Source of the DNA: the human T2T-CHM13v2.0 reference genome, Homo sapiens
Reading direction: 5' to 3' (one strand)
Length of the DNA stretch: 64,000 bases
Assembly: GCF_009914755.1 (NCBI RefSeq)
Contig: NC_060944.1
In this document: piece after piece, positions 56,861 through 64,000 of the stretch
Layout of the letters: every line of letters starts with the position of its first letter
Numbering within the stretch: the first letter of the stretch is position 1
Made by a program: the position numbers and the translations under genes
The notes under the pieces: model-generated
Seen by the model: only the letters and a program-made list of their open reading frames with translations
Told to the model about the DNA's origin: nothing
The model's database searches: none

Positions 56861-57405
56861 TGTGTACAAGTTATCTCTTACTGTGTAATAAGTGATCCCC
56901 AAATATAATAAATGATCCCCTCTAGCCTTAGAATGTCAGAACAACAAACATTATCTCATATGGCTTCTGAAGGTCGGGAACCTAGGAGCAGTTTAGTGAG
57001 TTGATTCTGGCTGAGGATCTTCATTCAGTGGCTGCATACCTGTTGTTAGCCAGGGCTGATGTTATCTGAAGGTGAGACTGGGGCTCGAGAAGCCACTCGC
57101 AAGAGTCTCACTCACTTGTATATGGACTGGAGGCCTCAGTTTCCCCCCATATGGGCCTCTGCACAGGACTTCTGGAGGGCTGTCATGGAATAGCAGCTGG
57201 CTTTCCCTAGACAGTGATCCAAGAGGGACAGAGCATGAAAAACAGAGCAGCAGTTTGTGATCTAATCCCACAAGTCCCCAGTGGCTTCTTTTGTTTCTTA
57301 GAAGTGAGTCCATAAGTCCAGCTCATACTGAAGGGGAGGAGAGTTAGGCTCTGCCTCTTGAAAAGAAGATATGGATGAATTTGTGGATGTTTTAATATTG
57401 CTGCA
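56861..57405 (-). mobile_element. MLT1F-like LTR
   Basis: GGAGGCCTCAGTTTCCCCCCATATGGGCCTCT...GCAGCTGGCTTTCCCTAGACAGTGATCCAAGAG. Confidence 0.75.
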
Positions 57406-57839
57406 CACTGCGTCCACTTCCTACCCCCCTGCAGCAAAAGAGTGCTGTGGTTTGCAGAGCTGCTTCCCTGGGATGCTTTGGGTGCAGCTTCAGGCAGTGG
57501 GTGTTTTCTATGCACATTATTGCCAGCAGCCACCACCAAAGGAAGGGTGCACACTTGGAGAGCTGCTGTGAAGGAGGCACCTTGCTTTCCACCATCTATG
57601 CATGCCCAAAGCGTTCATACTGTGAAATGATCGAAAACATTAAGGGGCATAATTTATCTGGAGGGAGTGTGCAGAAAAGCCAAATGATCCTTTGGTAGTA
57701 AAAGCCTTCTTCTTTGGCCTTCAATCAGTCATGTTGGCTTATGTTCATTCCCTATGAGTGCTTCTCTAAGAGGTTTTCTCTAAATATTTAACCTTTCTAT
57801 GGCTTTAGATCTCTTTCCATCATCAAAGTCTTCATCTTT

Positions 57840-58100
57840 GCAGTTACCTGCATCTGAAATGCTGTCACTGTCTCCTTACGGGGGCTGACTCTTCATTGTA
57901 CAGTCTTGGTTTAAATGCTACCTCCTCAGAGTCCCCTTGCCAGACCAGTCTATCCCCAAAGAACCTACGATCTTTTAGATTATAGATTATGCTTTGGTTT
58001 TATTTTCCTTGATAGAACTCAGCACACTTTGCGCTTACATGACCATTTGCAGGTTTGTTTGTCTATTGTCTATCCACCTTGTTAGAGTGTAAGTACGATA
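57840..58100 (+). mobile_element. L2 fragment
   Basis: TTTAAATGCTACCTCCTCAGAG...GTTTGTTTGTCTATTGTCT...TTAGAGTGTAAG. Confidence 0.6.
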
Positions 58101-60469
58101 AAGGTGGTTTTGTTGCAAATATTCATGTTTTGGATGCTTTTAGTTCCCATTGATACACACCTATATACACATATGTGTATGTGTGTGTGTGTGTGCAGTC
58201 AGGCATTTCTACAGAATATAGATGAGAAAATTGGAAGTAGGGGGAAGACTATGCAGACCTTGTCAATTCCAATTATATTTCCCAGAACTTGTAGCTAAAA
58301 GATAATAAAATCCAGCATCTCTGTTAGCACTCAGAATTGTTAATTCATGAGCAAGCAATTTAGATGAATTTTAGATGAGAAATTGAATTTTCAGCCGCAC
58401 AGCAGGAAAATAATCACTTACTATAGTTGAAAATAGTTATCACTGATTAGTGTTCCTGTGTTTGATGTGGTAGCTCTTCTGCTGTGTGCAGCATGGGGTG
58501 AAGTAGCCAGGTCTGTAGACAAGACTTTTAATCAATGAAACAAAGCCATGTGTAAAAGCGTCTACATGGAAAGGCACTGAGGGCAGGTACAAGATGCTTC
58601 TTCGACTGTGAAGAAGAGAAATGTGCTGCTGGCCAGGCCTGGGCACCAAGGTTAGAACACTTCAATAAGGAAGTTAAATTCTTATTGGAAGAAGACCACG
58701 AACAGGGTACAGTCTCTACACAGGCTTAGCTGCATATCTACGGACAGATGAATGTCCAGATCATTTTTCTATCCTTCTAATAGCTCCTGCATGAAGCCAA
58801 AATACTCAGCTGAAAAGTGAGAATTTTAACCATCAACATAAAAATAAGCTTCTATGTATTGAAAATATGTATAATTGGCATTTTGCTGAACTGTGGAATA
58901 GCAGACTGGGGTTTTCAGTGTGTATCGTGAGCCCACTGCACACCTGCTGTGAGTGGCCCTAGAAACTCAACAATTAAATCCTAATCTCTATGACTGTGGG
59001 TTTTTCTCTTGAAACACACTGTGGTCAGTGCTTCTAGTCCATCTGCAAACTAAGCAATGAGAGTTGCTATATACACACATGCACCCCATATATTCTGTAA
59101 AATATGTGTATGGGCAGTGAGTCATTACATAGAACCCAGGCTTTCAGAACTTCTGTTAATCTCTGTAGGATTTAGGGAGTTTGAACAATACACTGCATTT
59201 TTCTAGAGAATGTCTGTGCAAAACTCATTCCATAGAGAGGACACAATGAGATCCTTCTAAATGGGTGAATTAAGGAAGAGCGTAGGCATCAATGACTCAT
59301 TGACAGTTTGGTGCATAATTATGACTCGGGGTTGCTCCAGGCATTTGCATCATCTATTAGACAATAAGCCCACATGGCTTCTTAAAGTGCTCAATCATCA
59401 TCCATAAATGGCCATAACATTTCTCAGCTTTATAAGCACAGTGAACTTGGTTGCTTTTAAAAATACATACACCACAGAAATTTATTTGGAAAATTGACAG
59501 TTTGTCTCAAGCTTGTTCAATTCTAATATTTATTGCAGCATGTAACCAGCTTATAAATAATTGTATTTCCTATAAATTTATTTGCCTCAGGAAAATACAA
59601 AATTTAGTTTAAATATCCCAAATCTGTGATTGCTTTTAGATTATAAATGTTCCCTCTGCTACGAAATACACATGAATCATCATGTTCTAGCAAAAAATAT
59701 TACATAGTCATAATGCAGCCTCCAAAGGTGACTGATGACTGCTCATCATAGTTGCTACTGAGAAGTATTCGGCATCAAATGATTCATCAGTCATATTCCA
59801 GAGTCTGTTTAACTATCAGGGATAGAAGCATCTAAAACGTACAGCAAAGACTTTACATCAAGTATACCTCCCACACTTACCCTGCCTTAAAAACTATTTA
59901 GAATCCAAATGTGAAACAGAATGTGTGAGCACACATAATTATCCGTGCCTATTTTCACATTTACATAGCTTCTATAAAAACCACTTCTATCTCTTTTACA
60001 TGCACTTAATTAAGTCTGCCATCTTGCTGGCCTGTAATGTTTGACATGCTCAACTGAAAGCAAATGACAAAAATGCTAAATGACATTTCCATTTTCTTAT
60101 TTAAAAGATTTATTGTTCAACACTATCTGTGTGTGGCATTTCTTCACTTGCTTATAAATATTTTACAAATTTCGATAGCTTCAAATTTAAAAGACTGATT
60201 AGCTACATTAACAACCCAAATAATTGAAGAACAGTATACTTAAAGTTCCGGGCATTAAATTTTTATTTTTGATCATCGTTGGATTTTAATTGTATAAAAT
60301 TAAGCATTGTATGCAAATCTAGCTCTGCAGGGGAAATTTAGCCACGTTGCTTTTTAAGAGCAGCCAAACTTGGTTGCCCTAAGAGTATCTGAAAAAAATT
60401 AATTATTGAGAACTTACCACTAGTAAAAACATTTTGGAAACTGCCTTTCTCCTTTCTTTTTTCTCCCTC

Positions 60470-60850
60470 CATTTCTAGGGTCACTGGCTATTCCCTCCTG
60501 CTGGGAACACTCCTCCCCCAAGTAACCGCATAACTCACTTCCAAGTCCTCTCCAAATATTCGCACAAACTTTCACCTTCAAATGTGCCCTATGGAGATTG
60601 TGCTATTTAAAATGGTAACCAGCCTCCTTTGTTAACCCTTCCCCAGGCCTCCTGATTTATTTTGCCCGCTATATTTTTTTTCCTGGCCCTTATCACTTTC
60701 TGACACATGATATAAAGTGTTTCTTTTCAAGATATTATTATTTCTGGACCGTCTTCCCCTACAGGGAGCCAAGCTCCATGAGGGCATCTGTTTTGTTCAT
60801 CTCTGTACCCCCAACCACTAGGATGGTGTTTGTCTCCAGGTAAATACTAG
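60470..60850 (+). mobile_element. L2 fragment
   Basis: TTCCCTCCTGCTGGGAACACTCCTCCCCCA...AAGCTCCATGAGGGCATCTGTTTTGTTCATCTCTGTACCCC. Confidence 0.65.
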
Positions 60851-62014
60851 CAAACCAGGGGCAACCTTTGCATTAATCCAAACACCTGGACAATTTGCTA
60901 GAATAGCCTACTTTATTGATGTTTCTTTCTTTGGACTGCTTGGATGTCTTACACACATTTTTTGATTGAGAACAAAAATTGGGAACTCGAACCTTTGGTT
61001 ACGAGTAATTCACTTCTGCACTTTCCACCCCTCAGAGGGCACACAGCCATCTCAGAAATGTTGCTACTAACCCTTTGGTAAATGAATTTCTACCCAAACA
61101 CTGAAAGCTGTTTAGTTACGCTAAAACATTAGATGTGATTAAAATCAATTTTTATATTTAATGTTCTAAAACGGAATTAGGGCACTACTCTCAGACCTTT
61201 TACAAAAGAGAACATTTTTCCCCTCTTGTTATTGTAGGAAGATCTGGAACTAGAACTAATCATTTTCAAATTGTTCTCATGGCACTGAAAATACAATTCT
61301 CCTTCCCACGGCTGCTTCTATTGTGAGTGGCCAATGAAAAACATCGCCCCTCAATTCCTTTCTTCTTTCCACATTTTCATCCATAATCCAACCTCTTAAA
61401 ACGTGTGAATTAGGATATATGCTTAGCATAAGGTCAAGATAAACTCCGTATAAAATGACTACCTTTAGAAGTATTTTAAATATGCTATTATAGAATATTC
61501 CACTTTAAGGGATTTTTTCATTTATAGATAAATGGGTCCATTTGAGGAACCTGAAATTATGATTTTGCTTTCCCACAAAACTTTCTTTAATCCTGTTGCT
61601 AGCCAGCTGACCTGAAAAGATAGTATCCTAAATCTACCTTAAACTCCTTCCATGTCTGTTTAATTCTGATTCCTTCTTCTGCAACCCAGCATTTGCAGTC
61701 TCTAGAGGAAAATAAAAGTCAATCAAATTTAAAAGTGCTGAGGCTGCCCGGAGATGACCTGTGTGTGCTTCCCCACCCAGCCCACTTTCTTGGAGCCTCC
61801 CCAGGGGTCCCTGGGGACCTGGGCTGTTGGACCCTGCTGTCTGGTGTCAGCGGTGAGGTGTAGCAGATCCACAGTGGACGTACCTGATCCGCCTTCACTG
61901 CCCCCTCCTTGTAGTTGCCTATGAGAAGCTTCTGGTCCTGTTGGCTTGATGCTGTGGCCATTTTTCTCCCTCGTTATCTCTGACATATTGGTGGGCATTA
62001 TTTAACAAGCATAT

Positions 62015-62200
62015 GGTGCTAATTTTGTGTCAAGCACAGCTCTAAGCACTTTACAAAGATGACCCCATTGAAGACCTCATAAAACAGCCCCATGAGGCCG
62101 GCACTGTGGGGATGCCCATTATACAAAGGAGGAAAGGGAGGTGAGGACGGGTTGAGGGATTTGGCCTCCCCCAGCTGATCATGGAGCCAGAATGGGAAGC
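62015..62200 (-). mobile_element. MIR
   Basis: CACAGCTCTAAGCACTTTACA...CCTCATAAAACAGCCCCATGAGG...CCCATTATACAAAGGAGGAAA. Confidence 0.7.
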
Positions 62201-62637
62201 CACAACAGATGTCCACTGTTTTCCTGCCAGCAGCAGCCCCTCCTGATTCTGGAGGGGAGCAGGAAGGGCGTAATTACACTCTGGCTGATAGCTAAGATCA
62301 CGCTGGGAATTCCACGGAGAGAGACCCTGGCACTCCTTCTTTGGACAGTGGCCCCAGGCCAACCGTGTCCTAATAAGGGCCTGACTACAGCAGCTTACCT
62401 AAAGTCAAAGAGAGAGCAACTGGGAGAGGTTTGCAAAGGTGGCTGTTTAAATGGGGGAAGGCAGAAGGGGAGCAAGGCTAGCTGGCAATTCATGAACACT
62501 TCCCATTTGTTATCTCATCTAATTCGGCCAGGCCTGTGGATAATGAAGTGGTATCATTGTTATTCCCTTTTACCTAAATACACAAAATCTGAAGCTCAGA
62601 AGAAGTTGAATGAATTGTGCTAGGTTATATGGCTAAC

Positions 62638-62830
62638 ACGGGGTTTCTCAGGCCTGGCATGATGGACATTTGAGGGAGAATGTTCTTTGTGGTGTGCACT
62701 GCCCCGGGCATCACGGGACGTTTAGCACAGGCCCTGGCCTCTCCCAGTCGATAGATGCCAGTAGTATCACCAGGTTGTGACAACCAAGTCTCTGGACATT
62801 GACAAGTGTCCTCTGGGAGGCCAAATCTGG
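62638..62830 (-). mobile_element. MER20 hAT DNA transposon
   Basis: GATGCCAGTAG...GTTGTGACAACCAAGTCTCTGGACATTGACAAGTGTCCTCTGGGAGGCCAAAT. Confidence 0.8.
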
Positions 62831-63165
62831 ATACCCTACCCTCAAAGCTTGAGCTCTTAGCTATGATGCCTCCCCATGTAACCCTGGAGATGACCCCATG
62901 ACTCTGGCTTTAGTGATAAAGGGTTGAACTAGATCTCTTTCAATCACCTTATGGCCCTAATGGCCTTCATTCAAGAAGCGTATAACCTGGTAGAAGACAC
63001 AAGGTGAGTACAAAATCAGTTGTCAGCATCTTCTCCATTGTTTTAATTCCTGTCCTCACCCACCTCGATGGCCCCAGGAAACACTGAACTGAAAAAGTAG
63101 AAGGTATGGATGGATGGCTTCCACAGAACTTCTCTGTTTTGGAGAAGCAAGCACATTTTTTTCCC

Positions 63166-63282
63166 CTTTTATTATTTATTTTATTATTATTTATTATTTT
63201 ATTTATTTTTGACACACAATAATTGCACATATTTATGGGATACAGAGTGATATTTTGAAACGTGCACACAACGTATAATGTT
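63166..63282 (-). mobile_element. Very short L1MA 3' end with (TTA)-rich tail
   Basis: ATAATTGCACATATTTATGGGATACAGAGTGATATTTTGAAAC. Confidence 0.75.
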
Positions 63283-64000
63283 TTAAGGAGTCAACTACCT
63301 CTGGCCTCTGTGAATTCAGGCCATCAAAGTCCTGGCCAGCTCTATGCCCACACGCCCTGGGGCAGCCTTTTCCCTTGCAGGGCTGAAAGGATTCCCTGGT
63401 CCTGAATTGGTCTTGATGGCTCCACTAGCAATGGTTTCCCAGACAGGAAGGCCTCTATGAGCCACGGGCCTGTTCTGAAAGTCACATTTCTGTGACACCC
63501 AGACGTTTTCAGTAAAGGGCCCGCCTGCTGGCTCTGACTGATGGGAGGTATTCTCCCATACCTCTACATATTCAAAAGATGAAACTAAATACATGAGGAT
63601 TAAGTACTTCAGTGAAACAGAAATTACAATTATAATATATTCTTTAACAGAAGTGAACAGGTGGTGTTTTAAATCTATCCAAGATTAACCCATATTCAAC
63701 ACTTTAAGCACCCAGGCTGTCATAATAAATGTTGTCTAATTATATATTCTTGGGAGTGCATTTTATGTTGGGTTTTTAAATTGGAATTTGTATCCAGCTG
63801 AAGTTATCTACACAGTGCAGTTTTTGTGTATAGCAAAGTGAGGATTCAAAATATTAAGTATTTTTTGAGTAACTTCACTTCACTTTGAGGTCTCTGTGTA
63901 GCTGTTCTCCAGAAAGGAATGTAGTCAAGAACAGTGAATTATAAGAGCTTAGTGTTTTCCACCTTTTGAAGGCCTAGTTGCATCCACATAAACTTTTGGT

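Noticed and set aside
28671-59775. Shared 12-mer TATTCGGCATCA at ~28671 and ~59764
   Set aside because: Many 12-mer matches are expected by chance in 64 kb, and the flanks do not align.

Overview
Primate (almost certainly human) intergenic DNA. There is no supportable protein-coding gene. Roughly half the window is interspersed repeats: L1 (including one full-length L1MA-type copy), Alu, L2, MIR, MaLR/ERV LTRs and DNA-transposon MITEs. The listed ORFs are decayed L1/Alu/LTR frames or chance ORFs. The one recognisable RNA gene is an 80-bp MADE1 hairpin at 39908-39987 that matches, from memory, hsa-mir-548ag-2; this would place the window in the 20q13.33 gene desert, pending a BLAST check. The least-explained structure is a set of local copy events not accounted for by transposon insertion: (i) a ~290-bp inverted duplication at 3.5-4.4 kb; (ii) a perfect hairpin fused to a 165-bp direct duplication at 14.6/15.8 kb; (iii) a three-piece mosaic at 34.05-34.46 kb copied from both flanks; (iv) micro-scale duplications at 47.2 and 53.1 kb. 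All resemble fossil template-switch or templated-insertion scars. Other observations are a probable ancient L1 3' transduction, a twin-primed L1, a four-level nested transposon stack, and several repeat-free enhancer-like blocks. Subfamily names and percent identities are by eye, not computed. I found no convincing novel gene system.
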